A stretch of DNA of 64,000 nt, from positions 73,556-137,555 of the forward strand of contig JAEOTR010000016.1 in NCBI GenBank assembly GCA_016839705.1, written 5' to 3'. The position numbers and the translations under genes were made by a program. Numbering within the stretch: the first letter of the stretch is position 1; each line of letters starts with the position of its first letter. This document shows positions 10,534-21,132 of this stretch, piece by piece. The notes below the pieces were generated by a model. The model was not told where the DNA came from and ran no database searches. It saw nothing but the letters and a program-made list of their open reading frames with translations. Source of the stretch: Promethearchaeota archaeon (GTDB lineage Archaea > Asgardarchaeota > Lokiarchaeia > Sigyniarchaeales > SOKP01).

Positions 10534-13215
10534 TTGACAAAAAAGGCTTTTGGTTCTGGGTATTTTGGTGAATGGATTGAAGATGAGTTTGGTTTGCCTG
10601 CCTATCGTTATAATTGTGATCAGCTAAAGGATCCCAAAGCAATAACACCGATGAATGAAGCTTGGCGTTCAAAAACAGACCATATTCACCTAGTTGGAAA
10701 TGACCGTTTAGCTGGAATTGCCTCTAATTATGGATATATACAAGTTCGTCAGGATGAAGGAAGTCCTAAATATCTTAATGAATATAATCCTGATCAAGGC
10801 CACTATGCTGGCGGGTTTGGTTACCTAACTGATGGTAAGGATTATCTGAGCACATTCTATCCAGGAACTGGTGAGAATTTCGATAGAATTTTCGGGGTCG
10901 GTTACTACCAAAAAATTGTGACTGGATTCGACCTGTGTGCCGATCAAGTTATTTTTGCTCCATATGGAGATGATCCCATCTTAATATCTCGGATAAAGTT
11001 AACAAATAATAGAGATATGTCTGTTGATCTTCGTTGGGTTGAATATTGGGGTTGTCAAATGTACCAATTTTCTCCGGATGCATATCTTATTGCGATGCGA
11101 GACAAGAATGTATCTCTTGCAAGAGATTATAGGCACCAATTTTGCAATAAATTTAATCATGAGTTTGAAATAATAAATGATGGTTCAGGTATAATTGAGA
11201 CAAAATATTTTGAAAATCAAAAAGACGGAAAAAAATCTGCAATACCTAAAATAACTATGAAAGATATGAATCCTCCTCGAACATTTCTCGTTTCGTTGGA
11301 TGCTAAAGCCGATGGGATAAGCATGAGTGAAACCGATTTTTTTGGGAAAGGTGGTGTGTTAGCTCCTGATGGGCTTAGAAATCCATTGAAGTCAACTAAT
11401 GATGAAAATAACGAGGAAAAAGCAATGCTCTTGGAGCGTAAAATCCATTTAGAACCTGGTGAGAGTCAAACAATTCATTTTCTATATGGTTACCTCCCTG
11501 AAGGCTTCGCATTTGAGGTTTTAGTTAGTAAATATATGACTGATTTACCAAAACTATGGGAAGTTTCGAGTAATAAATGGAAGGAAAATCGAATTAGTTT
11601 ATTGATTCCAGACGAACCTTGGGTAAATCGTGAACTATTATGGCATAATTATTATTTACGTGGAAGTATGACATATGATAATTACTTTAAGGAACATATT
11701 CTTTCCCAAGGTCAAGTATATCAGTATATTATTGGATTTCAAGGAGCTTTACGCGATCCAATGCAACACGTTATGCCTTTCATTTATAGTGAGCCAAATA
11801 TAGTGAAAGAAATTATCAGATACGTCTTAAAAACCACCAATCCAGAGGGGGATATACCTTATGGGATAACAGGTAATGGTATGATATTACCTGCGGGTTA
11901 TAAACCATCAGATCAACAAATGTGGTTGTTGTGGCTAATTAGTGAATATATTTTTACTACAAGAGATATTGATTTTCTTAATGAAGAGGTGCCGATTTAT
12001 CCGGTATATGGAAAAAATTTAACTACCAAACAGATAAAAGAAATATTGTTAACATGTTATGACTACTTTACCAACACTTTGGGGTCGGGACCACATGGTC
12101 TTCAACGTATATCTAATGCGGATTGGAATGATGGCGTAATTTTAGGAAATATTTCAAGAGAAAAACACGATGAGATTGTTAAAAAAGGAGAGAGTGTACT
12201 AAACGCAGCAATGGCATCTTATGTACTTATGGTTTATGGAGAAATGTTAAATTACACTGGAGATAAAGAGAAGTCTAGGGAAGTATTGAAATATGCAATG
12301 GATCAAAAGAAAGCCGTCCATGCTCAATGGAACGGAAAATGGTTCAAAAGAGCTTGGTTAACAGATGAAATTGGATGGATAGGAGAGGATCAGTTATGGT
12401 TAGAACCTCAACCTTGGGCAATTATTGGAGGCGCCTCTGATTTAAAGCAGACTAAAATTTTAGTAAAATCAATAAATAAATATCTAAGAAAATCAACAAA
12501 AATAGGAGCTAAACTAATGAGTAAGGGAGTAGCAACAATGCAACGTGAGTTAGGAATGAGAGTAAACGGCGGGGTCTGGCCTTCTATTAACGGAACATTA
12601 ATCTGGGCTTTTTCAATTATTAATGAGGATTTAGCCTGGGATGAATGGAAGAAAAATACCCTCGCATATCATAGTGATAATTATCCTGAAGTTTGGTATG
12701 GTATATGGAGTGGTCCAGATGTATATAATTCAGACTTATCTGAATATCCGGGTCAAACTCATTTTACAGAGGAATTGGTGAGTTGGAAAAGAGAGAAAGA
12801 AGCAAAAATTCATGACAATACCTTTGCTGTGAACTGGACGGATTTTCCGGTAATGGATCTACATCCTCATGCTTGGCCCTTATTTAATACCATTCATCTT
12901 ATTGGAGCACAATTTACATCTGAAGGTTTAGAGCTTGCACCTATATTACCACAAGATGTATATAGGTTCTCATCTCCAATTTTAGGTCTTGAAAAATCGA
13001 GTAATAATTATTCAGGTTGGTACAAGCCTCTGGCTAAAGGTACATGGGAAATAAGATTGAAATTAAAAGGTGAAGAAATAAATAATATTGTCTCTTTAGA
13101 AGTGAATGGTAAAGAAGAGAATTTCCTCATTGAAGATAATACAGTTAAATTTAGCGGAAGAAGTGAGATTCATAATGCTTTAATGTGGAAAATTACTCTA
13201 TCACAAAACATTTAA
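10534..13215 (+). CDS. GH94-like glycoside phosphorylase/hydrolase ((alpha/alpha)6 barrel)
   Basis: RDPMQ, ADWNDG, GESVLNA, WNGKWFKRA, NGGVWP motifs. Confidence 0.7.
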   Translation: MTKKAFGSGYFGEWIEDEFGLPAYRYNCDQLKDPKAITPMNEAWRSKTDHIHLVGNDRLAGIASNYGYIQVRQDEGSPKYLNEYNPDQGHYAGGFGYLTDGKDYLSTFYPGTGENFDRIFGVGYYQKIVTGFDLCADQVIFAPYGDDPILISRIKLTNNRDMSVDLRWVEYWGCQMYQFSPDAYLIAMRDKNVSLARDYRHQFCNKFNHEFEIINDGSGIIETKYFENQKDGKKSAIPKITMKDMNPPRTFLVSLDAKADGISMSETDFFGKGGVLAPDGLRNPLKSTNDENNEEKAMLLERKIHLEPGESQTIHFLYGYLPEGFAFEVLVSKYMTDLPKLWEVSSNKWKENRISLLIPDEPWVNRELLWHNYYLRGSMTYDNYFKEHILSQGQVYQYIIGFQGALRDPMQHVMPFIYSEPNIVKEIIRYVLKTTNPEGDIPYGITGNGMILPAGYKPSDQQMWLLWLISEYIFTTRDIDFLNEEVPIYPVYGKNLTTKQIKEILLTCYDYFTNTLGSGPHGLQRISNADWNDGVILGNISREKHDEIVKKGESVLNAAMASYVLMVYGEMLNYTGDKEKSREVLKYAMDQKKAVHAQWNGKWFKRAWLTDEIGWIGEDQLWLEPQPWAIIGGASDLKQTKILVKSINKYLRKSTKIGAKLMSKGVATMQRELGMRVNGGVWPSINGTLIWAFSIINEDLAWDEWKKNTLAYHSDNYPEVWYGIWSGPDVYNSDLSEYPGQTHFTEELVSWKREKEAKIHDNTFAVNWTDFPVMDLHPHAWPLFNTIHLIGAQFTSEGLELAPILPQDVYRFSSPILGLEKSSNNYSGWYKPLAKGTWEIRLKLKGEEINNIVSLEVNGKEENFLIEDNTVKFSGRSEIHNALMWKITLSQNI

Positions 13216-13233
13216 TTCGATGAGGAAATATTT

Positions 13234-14604
13234 ATGAAAAAAATAACTTTCCCTATTGATTTTTTATGGGGTACTGCTACTGCTAGTTATCAGATAGAAG
13301 GAGCTTGGAATGAAGATTTGAAAGGTGAAAGTATTTGGGATATGGTTTCTCACACCCCGGGTAAAATAAGAAATGGAGACACTGGGGATATTACGTGTGA
13401 TCATTATCATCGTTATAAAGAAGATATACAAATAATGAGACAACTTAATCTTAATGCTTATCGATTTTCAATATCCTGGCCTAGAATCTTTCCTTTGGGA
13501 AAAGGAAACATTAACAAAAAAGGTGTAGAATTTTATGATAATTTAATTAACGAGTTAATATCTAACGATATTGAACCGGTCGTAACACTTTACCACTGGG
13601 ACCTTCCTTTAGCACTTCAAGAGATTGGTAGTTGGGAAAATCGTGAGGTTGTTGACGCATATGTGGAATATGCAAAATTTATGTTTGACCATTATGGTGA
13701 CCGTGTAAAAAAATGGATTACTTTCAATGAACCTGCTGTTTTTACTGTGTCTTTTTATGGTGGTGGTGTGTTCACGGGTAATAGGGATCTTAGAGGAGGG
13801 TACATTGCTTCTACAAATGTTAATGTTGCTCATGCAAAGGCGGTGAAAGCTTATCGGAATTCTAAAAATCCAGATGGTGTTATTGGAATTACTCTAAACT
13901 TAACACATGTATATCCGAAAATTAAATCTTCCTTAAATTCAGAAGCTTCTTATTTTATAGATGGAATATCTAATAGATGGTACTTAGATCCCATTTTCAA
14001 AGGAGAATATCCTGAAGATATTCTAAATTTTCTAAAAACAAAGTTCAATTTTCCTGATATACCTCAAGGAGATTTAGAGTTATTGAAAGAAAATCCTATT
14101 GATTTTTTGGGTATAAATAATTATTCTTGCACATGGGTTGCGGCTGAAAAACCGGAGGACCTTACAAGAGTAAGCAAATTAATAAAAACTGAAAGGATTG
14201 AGGGACGGGAGTATTCAAAATATGGTTGGGAAGTATGTCCTGAAGGATTCTATGATCTCCTTGTGAGAATAGATAAAGATTACGATCATCCCGTAATTTA
14301 TATTACAGAAAATGGATATGCCGATAAAGATGATAATATTGAAAATGGGATTGTACAAGATGATGATCGTTTGAATTATCTTAGACGATATTTTAAGGCA
14401 GCCCATGATGGTATTAAGGAAGGTGTAAAGCTTAAGGGATATTTTATTTGGTCATTACTAGATAATTTTGAATGGCTTCAAGGATATTCTATACGTTTTG
14501 GACTAATACGAGTAAATTTTGAAACACAAGAAAGAATATGGAAAAAAAGTGCCCAGTGGTATAGGGATTTGATTGCTCAAAATGGATTTGATCTAGATTT
14601 ATAA
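13234..14604 (+). CDS. GH1 beta-glucosidase
   Basis: FLWGTATASYQIEG, TFNEP acid/base, ITENG nucleophile, DNFEW. Confidence 0.95.
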   Translation: MKKITFPIDFLWGTATASYQIEGAWNEDLKGESIWDMVSHTPGKIRNGDTGDITCDHYHRYKEDIQIMRQLNLNAYRFSISWPRIFPLGKGNINKKGVEFYDNLINELISNDIEPVVTLYHWDLPLALQEIGSWENREVVDAYVEYAKFMFDHYGDRVKKWITFNEPAVFTVSFYGGGVFTGNRDLRGGYIASTNVNVAHAKAVKAYRNSKNPDGVIGITLNLTHVYPKIKSSLNSEASYFIDGISNRWYLDPIFKGEYPEDILNFLKTKFNFPDIPQGDLELLKENPIDFLGINNYSCTWVAAEKPEDLTRVSKLIKTERIEGREYSKYGWEVCPEGFYDLLVRIDKDYDHPVIYITENGYADKDDNIENGIVQDDDRLNYLRRYFKAAHDGIKEGVKLKGYFIWSLLDNFEWLQGYSIRFGLIRVNFETQERIWKKSAQWYRDLIAQNGFDLDL

Positions 14605-14607
14605 CTA

Positions 14608-15351
14608 TTATTCTTCTTTCTTCTTAGGATAAGGAATTTTCGGTGGTAAACCTATATATTTTTCCATCAGATTTAGATAGTTTTTAACTTTATCCCATAA
14701 TGTATTATCGGAAAAGATTGGGTCAGGCAATGAGAATGAACGACTTGCTATTATCCCCATTAGTGCATTTCCTATTTGATTTACATGTAATCCATCTAAC
14801 ATCAGATTTCTATAGGTATTTGGATCTTTTTCATAAAATGGAGAAAAATACTTATATTGATCTATTAGAGGAATTTCCATCTCTCTTGACAAATTTCTAT
14901 TTACTTCAACAATCTCAGGAAACCGTTGGAAAATTCTATCCATTCTATTATAGAGAAGGCAATAATATGTCTGAAGAACAGGCAGTGCTTTTATTTCCTT
15001 AATTTTTTCAACTGCCTGAGTAAGATAATTCTGGTATTCTTGAATTGTCAACCCTTTCCATGCGTCGTTGCCTCCTATTGTTATAATAACGAGATCTGGA
15101 TTAAAAGAGAGCACATCTCTATCAATTCTCTTTAAAAGATCTTTTGAAGTTTCTCCACCAATACCGGAATTGATTGTTGTAATATGTCTTCCAATCCATT
15201 CTCTCATGGCACTTGATAACCACGAGAACCAGTTAAAATACCCTAATGAATGCCAATGAAGTTCAGTATTACTTGAACCAAAAGCGACAACACGAATAGG
15301 TTTCTGAGGATTAAGTTTCCATTTATTCCCTATACTTTCTAAATTCTGCAT
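14608..15351 (-). CDS. SGNH/GDSL hydrolase
   Basis: FGSSNT, NSGIGG, GGND, DGLH blocks. Confidence 0.88.
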   Translation of the reverse strand: MQNLESIGNKWKLNPQKPIRVVAFGSSNTELHWHSLGYFNWFSWLSSAMREWIGRHITTINSGIGGETSKDLLKRIDRDVLSFNPDLVIITIGGNDAWKGLTIQEYQNYLTQAVEKIKEIKALPVLQTYYCLLYNRMDRIFQRFPEIVEVNRNLSREMEIPLIDQYKYFSPFYEKDPNTYRNLMLDGLHVNQIGNALMGIIASRSFSLPDPIFSDNTLWDKVKNYLNLMEKYIGLPPKIPYPKKKEE

Positions 15352-15485
15352 AAAAATCTCAAGTATTTAAAATTTCCAAATCATAAAAGATTTTCTAAAG
15401 AACTTCCTTAACTTTAGGTTAATTAAAAATAGAACAAATTAAAAAAAAAGTAAATTATGGTATTTTTTTCGGTCGAGAAAATCAC

Positions 15486-15911
15486 TTATTCAAGAAGGTC
15501 TGCACCGAGTTCCATAGCGAGAGCAAGAATCTCTCCATATGCAATAGCATCCTGCAAATTCCCTTCAATAACAAGATCCCCAGACATATATGCACTTGTA
15601 GAATCAATTTCGCCTGAACTCATTCCTGTCCAAGTAGTTTGTGATGCTTTCATAGTAACACTTGCTTCATCACTTGCTCCTTCAGCATAATCAACAGATC
15701 CTTCTCCAAATTTTATCCAATATTTAAAGTCTTTATCAGTTACTTCTTGTTGGACAATTATTGTGTCAATATCCTCAAGTTCTTCTTTAAGTTCTTCATT
15801 TTCCTCTGCTAGCTGCTTAATGAATTCATACATTTTAAGAGCACCAGAAGGTTCGCCTGGACCCTTCTCTCTCATTTCTTTTAATTCTTTTATTAAGTTT
15901 GCGTCAACCAT
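15486..15911 (-). CDS. SCP2 sterol/lipid-binding domain protein
   Basis: ASVTMKAS...GEIDSTSAYMSGDLVIEGNL SCP2 pattern; ATG start at 15911 preferred. Confidence 0.85.
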   Translation of the reverse strand: MVDANLIKELKEMREKGPGEPSGALKMYEFIKQLAEENEELKEELEDIDTIIVQQEVTDKDFKYWIKFGEGSVDYAEGASDEASVTMKASQTTWTGMSSGEIDSTSAYMSGDLVIEGNLQDAIAYGEILALAMELGADLLE

Positions 15912-16054
15912 TTTGATTATCAACCTTTTTTTTTAAAAACTAAAAAAAAACTTAGTTATAAAATGCAATGTCATTTACTTTTAAAGTTTTATTTTAAAAC
16001 TGGCTTCTAGGTATAATAATCAATATTGATATTTGAGCAAATCTATAGATTTCC

Positions 16055-17263
16055 TCATCTTAAACAACAATCTTTGTACTTGCTTCCGCTTCCACATGGG
16101 CAGAGTGCATTACGACTAATTTTTTTTACTTTAATTTGAAATGATGAATTCAAATCGTTATTCTTTTTAATTTGATCTGCTAATATTTTAAATCGAGGTA
16201 GAGTATTAACATAAAATTTCTTCCATCCTTTACATAATGTACTTAAGGTTCTTGAAGAGTTTAAAATATTATATCGATGCTTTTGGCAGTCTCCATGACA
16301 AAAAGAAATAAATGGACAATTGTTACACCTACTATTGAATTCTGCTTTTTGATTACCAAAAGTGTGATAAGTTGCCGAATCTAAGAAATCATTCCAAGTA
16401 TGTGTTTTTACATTACCTAACAAAAGGTCTTTACGAACAAAAAAATCACATGGATAAACACCGCCATCATATTCTACCACGAAATATTGACAGCAATTAT
16501 TACTCATATAGCAAACGCTATACGTTCCTGATACTAAGTAATTTAAAATCGAGTCAAATAGTCGAATAGAGACCTTATTGATATCTTCTTTTATCCATTG
16601 CTCAAATAAATCGCATAGAAAATCCCCCCAATCTTCTCCCGTTATTGAAAATGGTTTGAGTTTACCTCGATCATCATATTCAACACAGGGGATATATTGG
16701 TGATAGAAAAAACCCTGATCTTTTAAATAGTGGTAAATCTCACTAGCTCTCCTTACCGTTTTATCATTAACTAAACTAAGGATATTAAATTCAACATTAT
16801 GTTTTCTTAAGTGATTTATTCCGCGTAATACTTGGGAATGAGTTGGTTTAAGACTGATTGTTTTTCTATAAAAGTCGTGGAGATATTCCGGTCCATCAAG
16901 GCTTACACCAAGAAGAAACTTGTATTCTGCAAAAAATTTTGCTATGTCATTGGTGATAAGAGTTCCATTTGTTTGCAATCCATTACTTATAACTGCATTA
17001 GGAGGTGCATATCTTGCCTGTAGTTCTACAACTTTTTTAAAGAACTTCAGTCCCATCATGGTTGGTTCGCCACCCTGCCACCCAAAAGCATAGTTATTGT
17101 TTTGATCAGTCTGCATATAACCAGCTATCATACTTTCTAATATATCTTCTGACATTCTTGGGTGATCTTTCCCAATTTCAAGGTGATCAATATAGAAACA
17201 ATAATGACATCTAAGATTACAATCAGCAGAAGCAGGTTTGATCAGTAATGAGAATGGTTTCAT
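16055..17263 (-). CDS. Anaerobic sulfatase maturase (radical SAM/SPASM) with C-terminal SEC-C motif
   Basis: CNLRCHYC, WQGGEP, GGVYPCDF, SPASM cysteines, RNALCPCGSGSKYKDCC; directly downstream of a sulfatase. Confidence 0.93.
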   Translation of the reverse strand: MKPFSLLIKPASADCNLRCHYCFYIDHLEIGKDHPRMSEDILESMIAGYMQTDQNNNYAFGWQGGEPTMMGLKFFKKVVELQARYAPPNAVISNGLQTNGTLITNDIAKFFAEYKFLLGVSLDGPEYLHDFYRKTISLKPTHSQVLRGINHLRKHNVEFNILSLVNDKTVRRASEIYHYLKDQGFFYHQYIPCVEYDDRGKLKPFSITGEDWGDFLCDLFEQWIKEDINKVSIRLFDSILNYLVSGTYSVCYMSNNCCQYFVVEYDGGVYPCDFFVRKDLLLGNVKTHTWNDFLDSATYHTFGNQKAEFNSRCNNCPFISFCHGDCQKHRYNILNSSRTLSTLCKGWKKFYVNTLPRFKILADQIKKNNDLNSSFQIKVKKISRNALCPCGSGSKYKDCCLR

Positions 17264-17294
17264 ATTTTTTATTTTATACGACTTCAGTTTTGAT

Positions 17295-19070
17295 TTATTT
17301 TCCCTTAGTTTTAACCAATTTAGTCATGTTTCTAATTAGTGGGATATAGTTTTTAGGAAGAATTTTTTCAAACATTTGTACTAGTAAATCTTCGTCGATT
17401 TCAAGGGTACCATTCTTTTTAATCTCTTGTTCTATTTGTAAACTAGTTTTTTTTTGGAACTGAGAGGGAACATATCCCACAATAAGAGAATACATGCTCT
17501 TTCCTTTTTTATTCCATACTATTTCAGTATCCCCAATCTTATCCTTCATTCCTGAGCGATTTTCAATTAAATCTAAATGATCTTTTGTAATTTCACCATC
17601 ATAAGGAATTCCAAGGCGCTCGAATTGCTCAACTGGAGAATCATTTTCCTTCATTTCTTGGGCCAATGCCTTGATCATCCTTTTCTCGATTTCAACATTA
17701 ATTAGTGGATTTTCTTGGTGTGGATCATCTTGAAGATCAAAAAGTAAACTGCCAAAAATGTAAGGATTTAGATATCTAAGTCTTGTTTCCGTTCTCATGG
17801 GTTTAATTCCCTTCGTAAAACTAAAGGGATCTGCTAATTCGATTGTTTTCAACTCATTTATTGAAAAAAATCCACGCATATGGGTGGGTAAAAGCGTATA
17901 ATCATAAAGTGGTTTATTTAAAAGATTTGTAGGCCCTCTCATGTAAACGTATCGTCCATCTGTAATGTTTACATGAGCTCCATGGGTCCCAAATAATGCA
18001 AATTCCCGTATTTTTGCATCTGAAGCAATAGTTTCTTTTAAAACTTTACCCTGCATACTTTTTGTGCGTTTTATCTCAAAAAACTCAAGAATTGTAGGTA
18101 CAATATCCGTAGTTTGTACAAGAGCTTCTCTTCTTTCATTTTTCTTACCTGATCTTGGATCCCATATAAATAAAGGTATTTGAGCGATTTCATTATATAT
18201 AGGTTGCACTCCTTTCGCCCACCAATCTTTTTCCCCCAAGAGAAAACCGTGATCCGTAGTAACAATTAGCATTGTATCTTTCCACATATCTCTTTCATCC
18301 ATAAGGTCAAGAATCTTGCCAAGATAAGTATCACACATACTGATAGAAGCAGCATATTCTTTTCTAACATGTTGTACTTGCTCTTCAGTTTCAGTTACTA
18401 TCCCATAATTTGGCCAATCGAAATGTGGACCGTTATATTCATGTTTATAGATATTTTTATATTTCTGTTGTGTAAAGAAAGGTTCATGGGGATCGAATGT
18501 TTCGATATGTAGAAACCAATTATTCTCCAGATAGTTTTTTTCAATGAACTCCATGGCAAGTTTAAAAGTTACTGCCTGAGGCTGATCTTCCTCTCTTTGC
18601 ATATATTTTCGATTTACCCAATCTTGACGCCAATGAGGCCAATTCTCTCGCATATTAGGGACGGTTTCAGGGATGTCAGGGTCTTTTACTTCTCCTTTCC
18701 AAGGATCACCTTCATGTCCTCGAATAATTTCCCATGAATTGTATCTATTATGGTACGTAGCACCTCCATCTTCCCAATAATGATAATGATCGCTTACAAG
18801 ATGGGAGTATACATTATTTTTCTTTAATATTTCTGGCATTGAATCATCAAACGGTTCTAATGGTCCCCAACTTCTATGTAAAAAGTTATGTCTTCCTGTA
18901 TGAAGTTCTCTTCTAGCAGGGATACACATTAAACTCCCAGAATAACAATTGTCAAAAATTACCGTTTTTTCTGCTAGTCTTTTAAAATTTGGTGTATGTA
19001 CCCAATTATTCCCATAGGGAAGTAAAAAATGTTTATTTAGAGTATCAAAAAGAATAAAGATTATTTTCAT
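17295..19070 (-). CDS. Cys-type sulfatase
   Basis: FDTL, CIPAR (CxPxR), DPHEPF, TTDHG. Confidence 0.92.
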   Translation of the reverse strand: MKIIFILFDTLNKHFLLPYGNNWVHTPNFKRLAEKTVIFDNCYSGSLMCIPARRELHTGRHNFLHRSWGPLEPFDDSMPEILKKNNVYSHLVSDHYHYWEDGGATYHNRYNSWEIIRGHEGDPWKGEVKDPDIPETVPNMRENWPHWRQDWVNRKYMQREEDQPQAVTFKLAMEFIEKNYLENNWFLHIETFDPHEPFFTQQKYKNIYKHEYNGPHFDWPNYGIVTETEEQVQHVRKEYAASISMCDTYLGKILDLMDERDMWKDTMLIVTTDHGFLLGEKDWWAKGVQPIYNEIAQIPLFIWDPRSGKKNERREALVQTTDIVPTILEFFEIKRTKSMQGKVLKETIASDAKIREFALFGTHGAHVNITDGRYVYMRGPTNLLNKPLYDYTLLPTHMRGFFSINELKTIELADPFSFTKGIKPMRTETRLRYLNPYIFGSLLFDLQDDPHQENPLINVEIEKRMIKALAQEMKENDSPVEQFERLGIPYDGEITKDHLDLIENRSGMKDKIGDTEIVWNKKGKSMYSLIVGYVPSQFQKKTSLQIEQEIKKNGTLEIDEDLLVQMFEKILPKNYIPLIRNMTKLVKTKGK

Positions 19071-19322
19071 ATTATTCTCCTAATAAAATTTGTAATCTAA
19101 ATTGTTTAATTTATTTTAGTCTAATTGTTTACCATATATATAATTTGAATTAATGAAAATTTTTTCAATTTCCCTTTTCATGGTATTTCATAAAAATTTG
19201 TAAAATATTATCAATTAAAGATTGAATATTTTTTGATTTTTGAAAATTTAGAAGTTTGACTCAAATTTTACTAATTATGTAGGATGACAAATTTCATTAA
19301 TTAAATTAATTTATAGTTCTCA

Positions 19323-20990
19323 ATGTCAGCAAACCAAGATGAATTTAATTCAAGAAAGATTTATGAAAGAGCCTTGTATTATGGATGTGGTTATTCTTCT
19401 GATGACCTAAAGAAGCCTAAAATCGCTATAGTTAATTCATGGAACGAAATTAACCCCGGGCATATCCACTTACGGAAGTTAGCTGAATTTGTTAAGCAAG
19501 GTGTTAAAGAGGCCGGTGGTACGCCTATGGAATTTAATACAATTGCTTCTTGCGATGGGATTGCGAATTCTGGGGATAATTCAAGATATATTCTACCTAC
19601 TCGTGAGATCATCGCTGCATCTGTTGAATGCACTATTAAAGCGTATAATTTTGATGGGATGGTAATGATTTGTACCTGTGATAAAATTATTCCTGGAATG
19701 CTATTAGCAGCAGCTAGATGCGATATTCCAACAATTTTTTTAACTGGGGGAATAATGCTTCCTAAAACTTTTCAAGAGGGACGACTTAAAGGAAAAACTT
19801 TTGTAACTTCTGACGTTAAAGAAGCAATGGGACAATTCAATGCAGGACTATTATCAGAAGAAGAACTTCTACTGATAGAGTCAGAAACCTGTTGTTCCCC
19901 TGGAGCATGTAATATGATGGGCACTGCAAATACCATGGCTTGTATTGTTGAAGCGATGGGTCTTTCTTTGCCTGATTGTGCAACCTTAAGTGCTGTGAGC
20001 AAAGAACGCGAGATATTATGCATGAATACTGGCAAGAGAATAATAAACCTAGTTAACCAATCAATTAGTGCTCTTGATTTAATCACTCATGATTCTATTG
20101 AAAATGGTATAAAGATGGCTTTATCATTTGGGGGTTCTACTAACATGATACTCCATATGTGCGCGTTATCGCATGAAATAGGTGGGAAATTGACCCATTT
20201 TGATTTTGATCGAATGAGTAAATCAGTACCGCTATTAGTAAAACTCAAACCTTCTTCGGAATATAATCTTACGGATTTTCATGAGGCTGGAAGTGTAAAA
20301 GTATTGCTGAAAAAATTATCAAAAATATTGAATTTATCAACTAGATCTATTATGGGAGTAAGTTTGAAAGAATATCTTGATAATATTGATTTTGAAGATT
20401 ACCAAATTATACGAAACTTTGAAGATCCAATTACTAGGCAGGGAGCAATTGCTGTATTAAAAGGATCTTTAGCACCAGAGGGTGCTATTGTGAAACAAAG
20501 CGCAATTAATCCCGCAATGAGATATCATAAGGGAAAAGCTAAAGTCTTTGAATGTGAAGAAGATTTAAAAGAAGCGATATTGTCAAATACTATAGATGAG
20601 GGTAATGTATTAGTTGTTCGTTATGAAGGTCCAAAAGGGTCTCCTGGAATGAGAGAGATGTCGATACCTGCTGCTATTTTAATGGGTATGGGATTAGGGG
20701 ACTCTGTTGCTATAATTACAGACGGTCGTTATTCTGGTGCTACAAGAGGCCCCTTTATAGGACATGTATGTCCTGAGGCAATAGAAGGGGGTCCAATAGC
20801 AATTGTTAATGATGGTGATGTTATAGAGATAGATATTGATAACCGACAACTGAATTTGCTTATTCCTGAACAGGAAATAAATTTAAGATTAGAAAATTGG
20901 ATAAAACCAGAACCTAAAATTACAACAGGTTATTTAAATATTTATAGGAAGGTTGTTAGTTCTGCTAAACTAGGAGCAATAGTTAAATAA
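19323..20990 (+). CDS. ilvD: Dihydroxy-acid dehydratase (IlvD/Edd family)
   Basis: [52 protein letters not shown]. Confidence 0.88.
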   Translation: MSANQDEFNSRKIYERALYYGCGYSSDDLKKPKIAIVNSWNEINPGHIHLRKLAEFVKQGVKEAGGTPMEFNTIASCDGIANSGDNSRYILPTREIIAASVECTIKAYNFDGMVMICTCDKIIPGMLLAAARCDIPTIFLTGGIMLPKTFQEGRLKGKTFVTSDVKEAMGQFNAGLLSEEELLLIESETCCSPGACNMMGTANTMACIVEAMGLSLPDCATLSAVSKEREILCMNTGKRIINLVNQSISALDLITHDSIENGIKMALSFGGSTNMILHMCALSHEIGGKLTHFDFDRMSKSVPLLVKLKPSSEYNLTDFHEAGSVKVLLKKLSKILNLSTRSIMGVSLKEYLDNIDFEDYQIIRNFEDPITRQGAIAVLKGSLAPEGAIVKQSAINPAMRYHKGKAKVFECEEDLKEAILSNTIDEGNVLVVRYEGPKGSPGMREMSIPAAILMGMGLGDSVAIITDGRYSGATRGPFIGHVCPEAIEGGPIAIVNDGDVIEIDIDNRQLNLLIPEQEINLRLENWIKPEPKITTGYLNIYRKVVSSAKLGAIVK

Positions 20991-21132
20991 TTAGTATTAT
21001 CCAGATTAAAATGATTAACGAAAAACACATTTATAAGAGCTTAAAAAAATTTTCTTTTCCTAGGCAATCAGGAATGGAATTTGAAAAAAAAGGTTGTAAT
21101 TTAGATAACCAAAAAATACGTGTTGATTAAGA

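Noticed and set aside
21121-21126. In-frame TGA upstream of the methyltransferase as a selenocysteine codon, or slippage at the A8 run (21084-21091)
   Set aside because: Another stop (TAA 21106) lies just upstream in the same frame, so neither readthrough nor a shift at the A run yields a longer ORF; MTases are not known selenoproteins.
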